NCBI GenBank assembly: GCA_965660095.1
Contig: CBFHYP010000011.1
Coordinates: forward strand, 1,070 to 65,069
DNA length: 64,000 nucleotides
Reading direction: 5' to 3'
Source: Candidatus Puniceispirillaceae bacterium
GTDB lineage: Bacteria; Pseudomonadota; Alphaproteobacteria; Puniceispirillales; Puniceispirillaceae
The notes under the pieces are model-generated. The model saw nothing but the letters and a program-made list of their open reading frames with translations. It searched no databases and was not told the origin of the DNA. Shown here in pieces: positions 10,457 to 21,962 of this stretch (position 1 is the first letter of the stretch; each line of letters opens with the position of its first letter). A program made the translations under genes and the position numbers.

Positions 10457-13400
10457 TTGATGTATTCTATAGCTTCAATGGATACAGAATATCAGCGCGA
10501 AAAAGTGAAAACAGATACTGAAATGATGCGATCTGCAGGGGTGTTTAACATTCCAGCTGGGCAAGATTTTGCGCAGCAGTTAGCGCAGGGTGTGTTAGCG
10601 CGTGTAGCTGATATCAAAGACCTGCCTAAATGGCGTATCTATCTTCCATCGCAACGCGCCTGCCAATCTCTTCAAACCGCTTTTTTAGATAGTGTTGATG
10701 GCATGCCGATATTACTGCCCCAGCTTATTGCGCTAGGGGAGAGTGATGAATGGACAGATGAGCTGTTTGACAGTTTAGTAAAAGGGCAAGATGCTTTATT
10801 GGCTGATGCGATAGACCCTAAACAAAGACAGTTTCTGCTTGCAAATTTAATCAGCAAAATGACTGTTGGCGGGTATCGGGTAAGCCACCCTCAAGCCTTA
10901 TTGCTGGCAGAAGAGCTGTGTGCTGTTCTCGATCAAATTAGACAAGCAGGCAGTGAGCCAAGTGAAATCCCAACCCTTATTCCAGATGAATTTTCATCGC
11001 ACTGGGCAGATATTGCACAGTTCCTAGAGATTATTTTTAAGCATTGGCCAGCTATTCTTGATGCGAGTGGAATGCTTGACCCTATCGACAGGAAACTAAA
11101 ATTACAGGAAAGATTGTGTAAAAGCTGGCAAGAAAACCCGCCTGAAAATCCAATAGTTATTGCTGGTTCTACCGGCAGCCTGCCTAGTACTGCCAAATTA
11201 ATGCAGGCGGTGCTATCGCTACACAATGGCATGGTTGTGCTGCCAGGTCTTGCGACTGAGAGCGCAGATACTTCAGACCAAGAAGCGATTATTGAGGATA
11301 TTTGCCACCCGCAACACCAGCTTTTCAGCCTATGCAAAACACTTGGCTGGCAGGTGAGCACGGTCAAGCTGTGGCGAGAGTTTCCGCAAACAGAAACAGA
11401 AATTCAGCGCCAGAAATTATGGCGTGAAGTGTTCAGGCCGTATCAGCAAACCCATATGTGGCGCCGTATGGATAAGACCGAAATGATGCTGACTGCAAAA
11501 GCTGTTTCAGGGATATCGATGATCTCAGCACGCTCACTGCATCATGAAGCAGACCTTATTGCGGGCCTTTTGCGCAAGACCTTGAATGAGCCAGGGAAGA
11601 CAGCGTTGCTGGTTACCCCAGACAGAAAGCTTGCCCGCACGGTGCGGGCATCTTTGCTTCGTTGGGGGATAGAAATAGAAGATAGTGCAGGACAGCCGCT
11701 AAGCCAGACCTCAAAAGGAAGCTATCTTGATTTAGTAGCGCGGTGGATGTGTTCTGATGGAAGCGCAGAGTGTTTGCTGGCACTTGCAAAGCATAGATTA
11801 GCATGCGGGGGGCTGTCTAAGGCGCAGTTCAATAGTACTATCCGGCAAATCGAGCTAGCGGTTTTGCGCGATATCCTCCCCCAAGATAATGCAGAAGGGA
11901 TAGCAAAGCAGATTTCCAAAAAACCGGACTTAACGGTACTTGCTGATTTCTATCGGGAGCATATTTTAAAGCCTTTATCACCGCTATATGAGCTTCTCCT
12001 CCGCCCCACCGTTAGTCTTGCAGAATGTAGTGAAGCTCATGGCAAGGCAGCTGAATATTTAGCACAGACAGATTTTGAAAATGAAGCTTTGCTTGATTTA
12101 TGGGGCGGGGCGGATGGCAAAATAGCCGTACAGCTGTTATCTGACATGGCAAAATATGGCCATGATATTTTAATCAGCCCATCTGAATATGCGGAATGTT
12201 TCTATCAGCTTGCTCAAAAGCAAACTGTCCGTACCGCTTGGCGGACGCACCCCAGACTTGCAATTTTAGGAACAGTGGAAGCAAGGATGCAATCTGCTGA
12301 TGTGGTGATTTTAGGCGGGCTGAATGAGGGGGTATGGCCGCCGTTACCAGATAATAGCCCTTGGGTAAATCAGCAGATGAGAGAGCAGCTTGGCTTGCCG
12401 CATAAACGCTGGCGTGCAGGGCTTTCCGCACATGATTTTTATATGCTAGCCCATCATAAAGAGCTTGTGATAACACGGTCTGAAACAACAGATGAAGCCA
12501 GTAATGTTGCAAGTAGATGGTGGCAACGATTAGAGGCAGTGCTTGGTGCAACAGGCCTTAATACGCTTTTGAAACCGCACATCCCGCCAGATATTCAAGC
12601 AGGTTTTACAGCAGAACATACAGCGCATCCCACGCCAATTTCAGCCCCTAGACCGTGTCCTGAAATATCTGCTCGGCCGCGTAAATTCTGGGCAACAGAT
12701 ATGGATGTTCTGATAAGGGACCCTTATGCGATTTACGCAAAACATATTTTAAAATTGCGCCCGCTAGAGGATATTGCACGGCAACCTGATGCTGCCCTTA
12801 GGGGTAGTTTATACCATGATTGCCTAGCAGAATTTTTAGAGAAATATCCAACAGGGCCATTACCGAGGAATGCGTTTGAAACGCTAGAGGCAATGGCAGA
12901 TAAGGCGTTTTCAGCATGTGTGGACACCATCCCTGTCAGGCGGTTTTGGCGTCAACGTTTCAGGCAAATTGCCTCGTGGTTTATTGAACATGAAACATAT
13001 CTAAGACAGCAAAACAGCCAATCGCTATCTGAGAAAAAAGGCAGAATTGAAATCACATCTCCACATGGCGCTATCCTATTAGGGGCAAAAGCAGATAGGC
13101 TGGATAAATCTGCTGATGGGCGTTGGGCAGTCATTGATTATAAGACAGGCTTGCCGCCATCCCTCAAACAGGTGGAAAAAGGCCGAGCAACACAGCTTCT
13201 TATTGAAGCGTTTATCGCAAGCCAAGGCGCGTTTGACGGTCAGGAAGAAGATGGCAATCTTGATATCTCAAAACTTGAATATTGGCATCTAACAGGCAAG
13301 GCGGACAACCCTGCTGAAGTTAAAGACGTCACCCCACATGAATTTGATCTCCCCTATTATTTTGAGCAGATGAAAGCGTTGCTGCTTTCTTTTGATCGCC

Positions 13401-13519
13401 CCGATAGTACCTATCCAAGTGAACCAGATAGTGCGCAACGACCACGTTTCTCACCTTACCGTCATCTTGCGCGAGTTCGCGAATGGCGCACACATGAGGT
13501 GGATGATGATGACAAATAA
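10457..13519 (+). CDS. addB: double-strand break repair protein AddB (alphaproteobacterial type)
   Basis: About 1000 aa with a C-terminal PD-(D/E)XK nuclease motif (RWAVIDYKTG). It directly precedes and overlaps addA. The true start may be the MM at about 10523. Confidence 0.85.
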   Translation: MMYSIASMDTEYQREKVKTDTEMMRSAGVFNIPAGQDFAQQLAQGVLARVADIKDLPKWRIYLPSQRACQSLQTAFLDSVDGMPILLPQLIALGESDEWTDELFDSLVKGQDALLADAIDPKQRQFLLANLISKMTVGGYRVSHPQALLLAEELCAVLDQIRQAGSEPSEIPTLIPDEFSSHWADIAQFLEIIFKHWPAILDASGMLDPIDRKLKLQERLCKSWQENPPENPIVIAGSTGSLPSTAKLMQAVLSLHNGMVVLPGLATESADTSDQEAIIEDICHPQHQLFSLCKTLGWQVSTVKLWREFPQTETEIQRQKLWREVFRPYQQTHMWRRMDKTEMMLTAKAVSGISMISARSLHHEADLIAGLLRKTLNEPGKTALLVTPDRKLARTVRASLLRWGIEIEDSAGQPLSQTSKGSYLDLVARWMCSDGSAECLLALAKHRLACGGLSKAQFNSTIRQIELAVLRDILPQDNAEGIAKQISKKPDLTVLADFYREHILKPLSPLYELLLRPTVSLAECSEAHGKAAEYLAQTDFENEALLDLWGGADGKIAVQLLSDMAKYGHDILISPSEYAECFYQLAQKQTVRTAWRTHPRLAILGTVEARMQSADVVILGGLNEGVWPPLPDNSPWVNQQMREQLGLPHKRWRAGLSAHDFYMLAHHKELVITRSETTDEASNVASRWWQRLEAVLGATGLNTLLKPHIPPDIQAGFTAEHTAHPTPISAPRPCPEISARPRKFWATDMDVLIRDPYAIYAKHILKLRPLEDIARQPDAALRGSLYHDCLAEFLEKYPTGPLPRNAFETLEAMADKAFSACVDTIPVRRFWRQRFRQIASWFIEHETYLRQQNSQSLSEKKGRIEITSPHGAILLGAKADRLDKSADGRWAVIDYKTGLPPSLKQVEKGRATQLLIEAFIASQGAFDGQEEDGNLDISKLEYWHLTGKADNPAEVKDVTPHEFDLPYYFEQMKALLLSFDRPDSTYPSEPDSAQRPRFSPYRHLARVREWRTHEVDDDDK

Positions 13520-16500
13520 TCCCCAGCATCACAAAGCCTATCAACAGGCATTACAGAAACAGGCTGCGGCTACCTCGCCGCACAGCTCTGTCTTCGTATC
13601 TGCAAATGCCGGCACGGGAAAAACCCATGTGCTTACCAACAGGGTATTGCGGTTGTTGCTTTCAGGGGCAGCACCAGATTCGATTTTATGTGTGACTTAT
13701 ACCAAAGCAGCGGCAGCTGAAATGCGGCATCGACTTTCAGAGCGGTTACAGAAATGGGCGATTTGCGCGCAAGAGGTTCTAATCGCTGACATCAAAGATA
13801 TGGGGGAGCCAAGCCCAACACAAAGCCAAATGGATAAAGCAAGGGAGCTATTCGCCTATATCCTTGATTTTGGCGATAGCCCGCAAATAGATACATTGCA
13901 CGCTTTTTGCCAACGTATTTTGCGCCGCTTCCCGTTAGAAGCTGAAGTGCCGCCTTTTTTTGAACTTTCAGATGAAGAAACAACCGCACGATATCTGCAC
14001 ACAAGTTTGATGGAGGTGGTGGATACTGCTTATCGTCAGTCCACTGATTTGCGTGATCACATTCAATTTCTGATTAGCAAAGGTCTTGATGAGCAATTAT
14101 TTGACCATCTCAGACGTATCCTATCAGACAGAAAAACAATTACCCAGCTTAGCGCCGCACCTTTGGGGGTTCGGGAATTTTCCAAAAGGCTTGAGACAGA
14201 GTGCGGATTTACACCACCAGAAAAATTAGATGAGGTGCTTACAAAATGGGTTCTTGAATTATCCGCTGAAAATAGCCATCTCCGCCAATTTGCGGTGCAG
14301 CTTAGTGATGGCGGAAAACGCCTTTCCGACCGTGCGCTAAAAATACAAGATTGGCTTAGCTTAGAAAGTAATGCGGAAAAAATTGCCAAGATAGAGCGTC
14401 TATATCAAGGTGTATTCAATGCTGATGGCGCTAGACCCAAATCGTATTCGGATAAGAAGATTAAGGGAAAATGGGGGGATATTAGCGCCCTTGCAGAACA
14501 GGTTGCAGGGGATGTTGAGCTGGTGCGCGAGATACAGCAATCGGCTGAAAGCTACCGTGTGAGTGTCGCATTATGTGACCTTGCTATCCATGTGTTTCGC
14601 CAGTTTCAAAGAGCTAAACGCGAAAGTGGTTTGCTTGATTTTGATGATCTTATTTATTGCACAGAACAATTGCTGAGTAAGAGTGAGATTATGGCTTGGG
14701 TACGGTTCAAATTAGACCAAGGGGTTGACCATATTCTGTTAGATGAGGCGCAAGATACAAGCCCATCTCAATGGGCGCTTATCGATAAGCTAACCGACAG
14801 TTTTTTTGATGGAAGTGAACAGGATAGAGAGCAAGAGAGAAGCCTGTTTGTGGTCGGCGATTATAAGCAATCAATCTACAGTTTTCAGGGCGCAAAGCCT
14901 GGCATTTTTACCCATAATAAACAAGCCTATCAGCAGAAGGCAGAACAGGCGCAAAAGCCGTTTCAAGCACTTCAGTTCGGAATGTCTTTCCGCTCAAGTG
15001 CGGCTGTACTTCAATTTGTGGACGCATTGATGACAGCACAAAGCGAGGAGGTGGGACGCCCCTTATCTGGGCTTGGGGATGAACATACAGCCCATGAAAG
15101 CTTTAAGTACCAGATGCCAGGGTTTGTAGAAATACGCAAACATACCATTGCAGAGACGGAAAAGAATGAGCCAGAACCCTTTGCATTAGTGGATGATAGT
15201 GACGTGGTTCAGGCTGATTTGGAACATGCACAATCTATCGCCCAGCAAGTACAAGCGCTTATTCAAGGTAGCCATAATGAGCGGCTTGGGCGGATTGTCA
15301 GGCCATCTGATATTTTGATTTTGGTGAAGAAAAGAAACCGGTTTTATGCCTTATTACGCGCACAGCTTGAAGCGCTAAATGTGCCTTTTGCTGGCGGGGA
15401 TAGAATTAAGCTTAACAACCAAATTGAAATATTGGATTTGCTTGCTCTTGGGGATGTGTGCCTCCTGCCGCAGAATGATTTGCAGCTTGCATGTCTATTA
15501 AAATCACCTCTATTTGGGCTGGATGAAGATGCATTATTCAAGCTTGCATATGGGCGAGGGGCACATAGTCTGTTTGACCAATTACGCAGCCATGATGGCG
15601 CAGATACACAATTAGGTCAGGCCGCATCCAAGCTTCGCCATTGGCTTAATTTGGCTGAAAAAAAATCTGTTTTTGAATTTTATAGTGAGGTTCTGAATAC
15701 TGGCGGGCGTCAGGCATTTTATCAAAGACTTGGTTCGGTGATTGATGATGCTTTGAATATGTTTTTACAAAAAGCACGAGATGCCTGTCTTAAGGGCAGC
15801 AATGATTTACACGGATTTTTGGCCGATTTTAGGCGTTCAGCTGGAGAAATAAAACGAGAATTTGATGTAAGAACCCGAGATGAAGTTCGCATTATGTCGA
15901 TTCATGGGGCGAAGGGGTTGCAAGCGCCAATTGTCTTTCTGCCAGACACGTTGCGCGATAAATCCATCCATGAATCGATTTATAATAGCGCGGTTGGGCC
16001 TATATGGTCATCTGCTGCGACAAAATATGTAGGCTATGTGCGCACCCTGAAATCAGAGCAAGAGAAAACCGAACAGGAGGAGGAAGACAGATTGCTATAT
16101 GTAGCGCTAACCCGTGCAGAACAGGCGCTATTTATTTCAGGCTGGGAGAAAAAGCAAAATAGATTTTATGAAGGAAGCTGGCTTGCCTTAATGGACCAGG
16201 TAAAAGACTATATTGCTCAGGCTCAAGCGCATGACCCAACTACGCTTAGAATAGATGAGAATTGCTGGCAGCTTAGTTCTGGTAATGCAGATATATCCGC
16301 ATTAGAAGAGGCTTCAGAGGAAAAGGACGGCCCAAGTCTAGATGAGGCGCCGCAATGGTTTTTTGAGACCCCGCCAAATGAGCCGCTACCTGCACGGCCA
16401 TTAAGCCCATCTGATCTCGTGGATGGCGGTTATGCGACAAGCTTTGTGCAGGCAGATAGAAATAAAGCGCTTCTGTTCGGGCAGTTTGCGCATAAATTGC

Positions 16501-17012
16501 TAGAAATACTGCCAAATTATCAACATGAGCAACGTCCTCAGGCTGCATTGCTCATACAGCACCAGCTTGCATCGCACTATAAAAATGAAGCCGCATTTCT
16601 AGAAGCAGAAGGCGCGCATGTCATTGCTAATATGTGCAAGATTATCGATGATGATAAATTTGCGCCCCTGTTCCAAGAAGATGCGTTGGTGGAAGCGTCT
16701 GTTTCAGGGCTTGTGGGGCATTTGCCTGTCGCAGGTAAAATTGATCGCATGATCATTCAGCCAGACAAGGTGATTATTCTTGATTTTAAAACGGGTAAGC
16801 CTGCACAAGCTGGCAGTGAGGTGCCTATAAATTATGCGGCACAAATGGCGGCTTATGGCGCTTTAATGGCAGAAATTTATCCTGATAAGGAGATAAAATG
16901 CTATTTATTATGGACACAAAATCAGAGTATTACTGAAATTACACAGCACAGAAGGGCTGAAATAATCACGCAGCTTTTGGCAAATTCGTCTGAGCAGATC
17001 TTGAATTCATAA
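13494..17012 (+). CDS. addA: double-strand break repair helicase AddA (UvrD/Rep superfamily 1 helicase-nuclease)
   Basis: Helicase motif I is ANAGTGKTHVL. Other motifs are LLDEAQDTSP, VGDYKQSIYSFQGA and the C-terminal nuclease GKIDRM...LDFKTG. I place the start at ATG 13494 (MRWMMMTNN). The track ORF start at 13392 lies deep inside addB. Confidence 0.9.
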   Translation: MRWMMMTNNPQHHKAYQQALQKQAAATSPHSSVFVSANAGTGKTHVLTNRVLRLLLSGAAPDSILCVTYTKAAAAEMRHRLSERLQKWAICAQEVLIADIKDMGEPSPTQSQMDKARELFAYILDFGDSPQIDTLHAFCQRILRRFPLEAEVPPFFELSDEETTARYLHTSLMEVVDTAYRQSTDLRDHIQFLISKGLDEQLFDHLRRILSDRKTITQLSAAPLGVREFSKRLETECGFTPPEKLDEVLTKWVLELSAENSHLRQFAVQLSDGGKRLSDRALKIQDWLSLESNAEKIAKIERLYQGVFNADGARPKSYSDKKIKGKWGDISALAEQVAGDVELVREIQQSAESYRVSVALCDLAIHVFRQFQRAKRESGLLDFDDLIYCTEQLLSKSEIMAWVRFKLDQGVDHILLDEAQDTSPSQWALIDKLTDSFFDGSEQDREQERSLFVVGDYKQSIYSFQGAKPGIFTHNKQAYQQKAEQAQKPFQALQFGMSFRSSAAVLQFVDALMTAQSEEVGRPLSGLGDEHTAHESFKYQMPGFVEIRKHTIAETEKNEPEPFALVDDSDVVQADLEHAQSIAQQVQALIQGSHNERLGRIVRPSDILILVKKRNRFYALLRAQLEALNVPFAGGDRIKLNNQIEILDLLALGDVCLLPQNDLQLACLLKSPLFGLDEDALFKLAYGRGAHSLFDQLRSHDGADTQLGQAASKLRHWLNLAEKKSVFEFYSEVLNTGGRQAFYQRLGSVIDDALNMFLQKARDACLKGSNDLHGFLADFRRSAGEIKREFDVRTRDEVRIMSIHGAKGLQAPIVFLPDTLRDKSIHESIYNSAVGPIWSSAATKYVGYVRTLKSEQEKTEQEEEDRLLYVALTRAEQALFISGWEKKQNRFYEGSWLALMDQVKDYIAQAQAHDPTTLRIDENCWQLSSGNADISALEEASEEKDGPSLDEAPQWFFETPPNEPLPARPLSPSDLVDGGYATSFVQADRNKALLFGQFAHKLLEILPNYQHEQRPQAALLIQHQLASHYKNEAAFLEAEGAHVIANMCKIIDDDKFAPLFQEDALVEASVSGLVGHLPVAGKIDRMIIQPDKVIILDFKTGKPAQAGSEVPINYAAQMAAYGALMAEIYPDKEIKCYLLWTQNQSITEITQHRRAEIITQLLANSSEQILNS

Positions 17013-17114
17013 CCCAAGGTGATTACGTTAAAAACAAGGACGGGTGTAGATATTAAGACCATTAAGGGTGTAAACCTGTTCCTGGGGAATGAAAATATTT
17101 GAAAGGAAATTCTT

Positions 17115-17435
17115 ATGCCGACAATGAAAACAAGTGATGGTGATTTTAACACAGATGTATTGTCAGCAGATAAGCCTGTGCTGGTAGATTTCTGGGCAGA
17201 ATGGTGCGGGCCATGTAAAATGATCAGCCCTGCTTTAGAAGAAATCGCAGACGAAATGGGTGATGCTATCACCATTGCAAAATTGAACATTGATGAAAAT
17301 CCAACAACCCCTCAAAACTATAATGTAAGAGGCATCCCAACCTTACTTATTTTCAAAGATGGTGAAGTTGTGGCTGAAAAAATTGGTGCAATAAGCAAAT
17401 CTCAGCTTCAGCAATGGATTGCTGATAACAGCTAA
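17115..17435 (+). CDS. trxA: thioredoxin
   Basis: 106 aa with the WAEWCGPCK active site. Confidence 0.97.
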   Translation: MPTMKTSDGDFNTDVLSADKPVLVDFWAEWCGPCKMISPALEEIADEMGDAITIAKLNIDENPTTPQNYNVRGIPTLLIFKDGEVVAEKIGAISKSQLQQWIADNS

Positions 17436-17460
17436 CACGATAAGAAAACCTGTTTTACGA

Positions 17461-17495
17461 AAAGCTATCTAGGCGGTGGTCTAGGTAGCTTTTTA
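17461..17495. terminator. bidirectional Rho-independent terminator between trxA and folC
   Basis: An 11-bp stem (aagctatctag / ctaggtagctt, one G-U pair) has an 8-nt loop. It is followed by TTTTT on the plus strand and preceded by AAA. Confidence 0.6.
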
Positions 17496-17507
17496 TATGC
17501 CTAATTC

Positions 17508-18848
17508 TTATGTTGGAAGGGTTTGGTTTTGCGCTAGCACATAACCGCCTAGATAAAGCGATCCGCAAATCATCACCGGCAATGCTGTGTTGTCCTTATC
17601 TGCTGCGATCCGCTGCATGGCCTCTTCAAGGCTGTTGCAGGCTTGCGCATTTATCCCCAATTCTACTGCAATATCCCGAAGCTCAGTGCCGTCATATGAG
17701 GCAGGTTGGTCAGGGATAGTGAGGGTGTATATTGTGTCAATAAGCGGGCGCATCTGCTTTAGGAAATCAGCTGCTGGCCGTGTATTTAAGGTGCCAAACA
17801 CCATTATCCATTTTGGCTGTTCTGGCTGAAGCGGTTTAGCCAGTTGTGCCATCGCTTCTGCCAGGGCTTTTGCGCCATGGGCATTATGCGCACCATCTAG
17901 CCACAGCTCCGAACGGGTAGATTGGGCAAGCAGTTTTCCGCTTTCAAGCTTTTGAACACGCGCTGGCCACACGGTATTCTGCATTCCTTTATGTAAGCAG
18001 TTTGCATCAAACGTTATGCCAAGCACCTCAAGACAGCGCAAAGCAAGCCCTGCATTTTGGATTTGATGCGCCCCGATTAAAGCAGGCTGGATAAGCTTAA
18101 TATCATGCTGTGCGCTATGGTAGGTGAAGCTGTTATCCTCCATGCTTTGCGTTGAAAAATCTTCCCCCTCAATGCTAAGCGAACCAATAGTGATGTCATC
18201 TGCGGTGTTTTTAAGGCTTGTTTGCGCCTCATGGTCTTGTATCGCCCAGATAGTGGGGCAATCAGGCTTCATAATACCTGCTTTTTGCAATGCGATTTCG
18301 CCCAAATTTGTGCCTAAAAAATGCTCATGATCATAGGCTATTGGGGTAATGATAGAGCAGGCATGTTCGGTGATGATATTGGTTGAATCAAACACCCCAC
18401 CAAGCCCTGTTTCTAAAATTAAAAAATCTGCTGGATGTTCTGCAAAGGCTGTTAGTCCTGCAACAGTGGTGCTTTCAAAAAAGGTAATGGGGTTATCGCC
18501 ATTGACCTGTTCTATCCGCTCTAGCAAATCTGCAAGGGCTTCGTCCGATATCAGTTTGCCTGCAAGCCGAATGCGCTCGTTAAACCTGCAGAGATGCGGC
18601 GAGGAATACACATGCACCTTATAGCCATTAGCTTCGAGCAAACTGCGCACTATCGCAGCTGTTGAGCCTTTGCCATTTGTGCCGGCAATATGAATAGTGG
18701 GGGGCAGGCTAAGATGTGGTGCCCCCATTTTTTCAGACAAAGCAAGCGTGCGTTCCAGCCCTAAATCAATTAATTTGGGGTGAAGCTGGGTAAGCCTGTC
18801 TAGTGCTAGCTGGCACCTGCTGCTATTCTGCAGCGATCGGGGTGTCAT
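17508..18848 (-). CDS. folC: bifunctional folylpolyglutamate synthase / dihydrofolate synthase
   Basis: Mur-ligase P-loop is HIAGTNGKGST. It is 446 aa and sits in the classic position downstream of accD. Confidence 0.9.
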   Translation of the reverse strand: MTPRSLQNSSRCQLALDRLTQLHPKLIDLGLERTLALSEKMGAPHLSLPPTIHIAGTNGKGSTAAIVRSLLEANGYKVHVYSSPHLCRFNERIRLAGKLISDEALADLLERIEQVNGDNPITFFESTTVAGLTAFAEHPADFLILETGLGGVFDSTNIITEHACSIITPIAYDHEHFLGTNLGEIALQKAGIMKPDCPTIWAIQDHEAQTSLKNTADDITIGSLSIEGEDFSTQSMEDNSFTYHSAQHDIKLIQPALIGAHQIQNAGLALRCLEVLGITFDANCLHKGMQNTVWPARVQKLESGKLLAQSTRSELWLDGAHNAHGAKALAEAMAQLAKPLQPEQPKWIMVFGTLNTRPAADFLKQMRPLIDTIYTLTIPDQPASYDGTELRDIAVELGINAQACNSLEEAMQRIAADKDNTALPVMICGSLYLGGYVLAQNQTLPT

Positions 18849-19698
18849 GTGTAGAATGGGTCATCATCTGAAGCATGGAAATAAAGGTGTCACGCTGCTG
18901 GGAACGCGGAATAACCATATCCACCATACCATGATCTTTGAGATATTCAGCTGTTTGGAAATTATCTGGCAGCTTTTCCCGAACGGTTTCTTCAATAACG
19001 CGCCGCCCTGCAAAACCAATAATCGCACCAGGTTCAGCAACATGAATATCGCCAAGCATGGCAAAGGATGCGGTGACCCCGCCAGTTGTTGGATGGGCTA
19101 GCAGCACGATATAAGGAAGCCCGGCTGACTTTACCTTATTGATGGCAATGATGGAGCGGGGTAATTGCATTAAGGATAAAATGCCCTCTTGCATCCGTGC
19201 CCCCCCTGATGAGGGCACCGTGATAAGGCATGCATTATGCTCAAGCGCTAATTCAGCTGCTTTTAATAATCCGTCCCCCACAATGCGTCCCATTGAGCCG
19301 CCCATAAATTTAAAATCAAAAGCTGCTACGACAAGATTCATCCCGCCAATTTTGCCATGCGCAATCGCAATCGCATCTGATTTACCTGTTTTTGTCCTAG
19401 TTGCTTTAAGCCTGTCTACATAGCGTTTGCTATCTTTGAACTTAAGCGGGTCATCGGCACGCTCGGCTATTTCAACAAGAGTGAATTCACCGCCGTCAAA
19501 AAGCATCTTGAACCTATCTTCAGGCGGCAAGCTTGCATGATGACCACAGGTAGAACAGCAATTAAAGGATTCGTGATAATCTGTGTGAAACAGCATCTGA
19601 TCACATGATGGACATTTAATCCATAAATTATCCGGAACATCCGATGACTGCACCCACGCTTTAATTTTAGGCAGCACAGAATTTGTAATCCAGTTCAT
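18823..19698 (-). CDS. accD: acetyl-CoA carboxylase carboxyltransferase subunit beta
   Basis: N-terminal Zn ribbon is CPSCDQ...CSTCGHH. The carboxyltransferase core includes GGSMG and SGGARMQEG. Confidence 0.95.
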   Translation of the reverse strand: MNWITNSVLPKIKAWVQSSDVPDNLWIKCPSCDQMLFHTDYHESFNCCSTCGHHASLPPEDRFKMLFDGGEFTLVEIAERADDPLKFKDSKRYVDRLKATRTKTGKSDAIAIAHGKIGGMNLVVAAFDFKFMGGSMGRIVGDGLLKAAELALEHNACLITVPSSGGARMQEGILSLMQLPRSIIAINKVKSAGLPYIVLLAHPTTGGVTASFAMLGDIHVAEPGAIIGFAGRRVIEETVREKLPDNFQTAEYLKDHGMVDMVIPRSQQRDTFISMLQMMTHSTHDTPIAAE

Positions 19699-19728
19699 AG
19701 ACGCCTCTTTAGTATAGTGTTTTTCGTA

Positions 19729-20547
19729 TTATCTTTTCATAGCCTGTGCAAGTTCTGCACAGAAACCTCCAATATCGGAGAGTAACTTATCACGATTAAT
19801 TGGATTTGTCTCGGCTGCTTGCTCAATACGTTGCACAAGCGCAGAACCAACAACAACACCATCACTCAATGTGGCTGTTTTTGCGGCCTGTTCAGCATTT
19901 CGGATGCCAAAGCCTGTTACTGAGGGCAGGCTCGTTGCAGATGAAATGCGTTCCATTGCTGATTTAATGGTATCTGTATCTGCGCTTTTTGTGCCTGTAA
20001 TACCGGCAATGGCGACATAATACACAAAACCGCCAGCTTTGTTCAGCACAACCTCTAGCCTGTCGCCCAATGTGGTTGGCGTAACAAGGCGGATAAAGTC
20101 TAAGCCTTTTTCGCGCGCAGGGTCACATAGCTCAGAATCTTCTTCAGGGGGAAGGTCGACAATAATCAGCCCATCAACCCCAGCTTTTACAGCATCATCT
20201 AAGAAATTCTCCACACCATAAATGTAGATAGGGTTAAAATAGCCCATTAAAATAAGCGGTGTGTTCGGGTGTTTTGCCCTAAAACGTTCTGCTACCTTCA
20301 GCGTTTCAGACAAATTCATGCCAGCTTTAATGGCGCGCAAGCTAGAGGCCTGAATAGCAGGTCCATCTGCCATAGGGTCAGAAAATGGCATGCCTAATTC
20401 AATGAAATCAGCGCCGTTTTCAACCAGCTTGTCCAAAATCATTTCTGATGTTTCAAGATCAGGATCACCAGCAGATACAAATAACCCCAAAACAGCTCTA
20501 TTTTCTGCTTTGGCGAGCTCAAAACATTTACTAATGCGGCTTGTCAT
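19729..20547 (-). CDS. trpA: tryptophan synthase alpha chain
   Basis: 272 aa with ELGMPFSDPMADGPAIQ and GFGI motifs. It is adjacent to trpB. Confidence 0.95.
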   Translation of the reverse strand: MTSRISKCFELAKAENRAVLGLFVSAGDPDLETSEMILDKLVENGADFIELGMPFSDPMADGPAIQASSLRAIKAGMNLSETLKVAERFRAKHPNTPLILMGYFNPIYIYGVENFLDDAVKAGVDGLIIVDLPPEEDSELCDPAREKGLDFIRLVTPTTLGDRLEVVLNKAGGFVYYVAIAGITGTKSADTDTIKSAMERISSATSLPSVTGFGIRNAEQAAKTATLSDGVVVGSALVQRIEQAAETNPINRDKLLSDIGGFCAELAQAMKR

Positions 20548-20551
20548 GCCT

Positions 20552-21793
20552 TTATTCTCCAGTTCTCACATCCAGCAGGCCGCGCGCATCAAGTTGCGGC
20601 AATACCGCCTCAAGATCCTTGTCGCCACGTCCACACATATTCAGAATTACAATTTGCTCCGGGTCCATTTCTGGCAGCATTTTCGATGCATAAGCAAGCG
20701 CGTGTGATGGCTCTAATGCTGGAATAATCCCTTCCAGACGCGAGCAAAGCTGGAACATTCTTAACGCTTCTTCATCTGTGGCAGATACATAATTTACCCG
20801 CCCCACATCATGAAGCCATGCATGCTCTGGCCCGATGCCAGGATAATCTAATCCTGCTGAAATAGAATGCGCATCCGCAATTTGCCCATCATCTGTTTGC
20901 AGCAGATAGGTACGGTTGCCATGAAGTACGCCAGGGCTTCCCCCTGTCAAGCTTGCCGCATGAAGGCCAGAATCAATGCCGTGGCCAGCAGCTTCTACAC
21001 CATAAATATGCACATCTTCATCATTCAAAAACGGATAGAATAATCCCATCGCGTTTGAACCACCGCCAATACAAGCAATAAGCGCATCAGGCAATCTGCC
21101 TTCTGCTTCCACAATTTGCTGACGTGCTTCTTGGCCGATGATGGATTGGAAATCCCGCACCATTTCTGGGTAAGGGTGAGGGCCTGCGACAGTGCCAATA
21201 ATGTAGAAATGCGTGTCTGGATGTGCAACCCAATATCTCAATGCTTCATTCATCGCATCTTTTAAGGTTGAAGTGCCTGAGGTGACGGCATGCACTTTCG
21301 CACCTAAAAGCCGCATTCTATCCACATTTGGCTTTTGGCGTCTTACATCCTCGGCACCCATGAAAACTTCACATTCCATGTTAAATAATGCACAGGCTGT
21401 TGCTGTGGCTACCCCATGCTGGCCTGCCCCTGTTTCAGCGATAATTTTGGTCTTGCCCATTTTCTTGGCAAGTAAGGCTTGGCCAAGCACATTATTAATT
21501 TTATGTGCGCCTGTATGATTAAGCTCGTCACGTTTGAGGTATAATTTTGCGCCGCCGAAATGTTCTGTTAAGCGTTCTGCAAAATATAACGCAGATGGGC
21601 GGCCAATATAATGAGTATGTAATTTTTTCAACTCAGCCTGAAACGCTGGGTCTTCTTTCGCTTCATAATAGGCTTTTTCAACATCAAGGATAAGCGGCAT
21701 TAAGGTTTCGGCAACAAATCTGCCGCCATGAATGCCAAAACGACCAGCTTCATCTGGCAGATTTTGAAATGAATTGGGAGTCTGCTCAACCAT
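20552..21793 (-). CDS. trpB: tryptophan synthase beta chain
   Basis: 413 aa with the PLP-lysine motif HTGAHKINN, plus GGGSNAMG. Confidence 0.97.
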   Translation of the reverse strand: MVEQTPNSFQNLPDEAGRFGIHGGRFVAETLMPLILDVEKAYYEAKEDPAFQAELKKLHTHYIGRPSALYFAERLTEHFGGAKLYLKRDELNHTGAHKINNVLGQALLAKKMGKTKIIAETGAGQHGVATATACALFNMECEVFMGAEDVRRQKPNVDRMRLLGAKVHAVTSGTSTLKDAMNEALRYWVAHPDTHFYIIGTVAGPHPYPEMVRDFQSIIGQEARQQIVEAEGRLPDALIACIGGGSNAMGLFYPFLNDEDVHIYGVEAAGHGIDSGLHAASLTGGSPGVLHGNRTYLLQTDDGQIADAHSISAGLDYPGIGPEHAWLHDVGRVNYVSATDEEALRMFQLCSRLEGIIPALEPSHALAYASKMLPEMDPEQIVILNMCGRGDKDLEAVLPQLDARGLLDVRTGE

Positions 21794-21962
21794 AAAAAAT
21801 ATTCCTGTTCTTTCAAAAGCCTTAGCGCCTATGCGCGGCTATTTTGCTGAACACAAGATAGGTATTGTTGGGGGTATTGACCAGAAAAAAGCGCAAAATC
21901 CTGACGAAAAATACGATTTTTTCGCCTATTGCTTCAGCGTATTGGCTTTGGGCTATTCCGCT

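Noticed and set aside
13392-13493. N-terminal 34 codons of the track ORF for addA (start 13392), lying inside addB
   Set aside because: This would overlap addB by 128 nt. The conserved AddA N-terminus (…SANAGTGKTHVL) is reached from ATG 13494, which overlaps the addB stop region in the usual coupled manner.
10457-17012. AddAB as a candidate phage-defence or accessory system
   Set aside because: This is the standard alphaproteobacterial AddAB recombination-repair pair in conserved tsaE-addB-addA-trxA synteny, so it is housekeeping.
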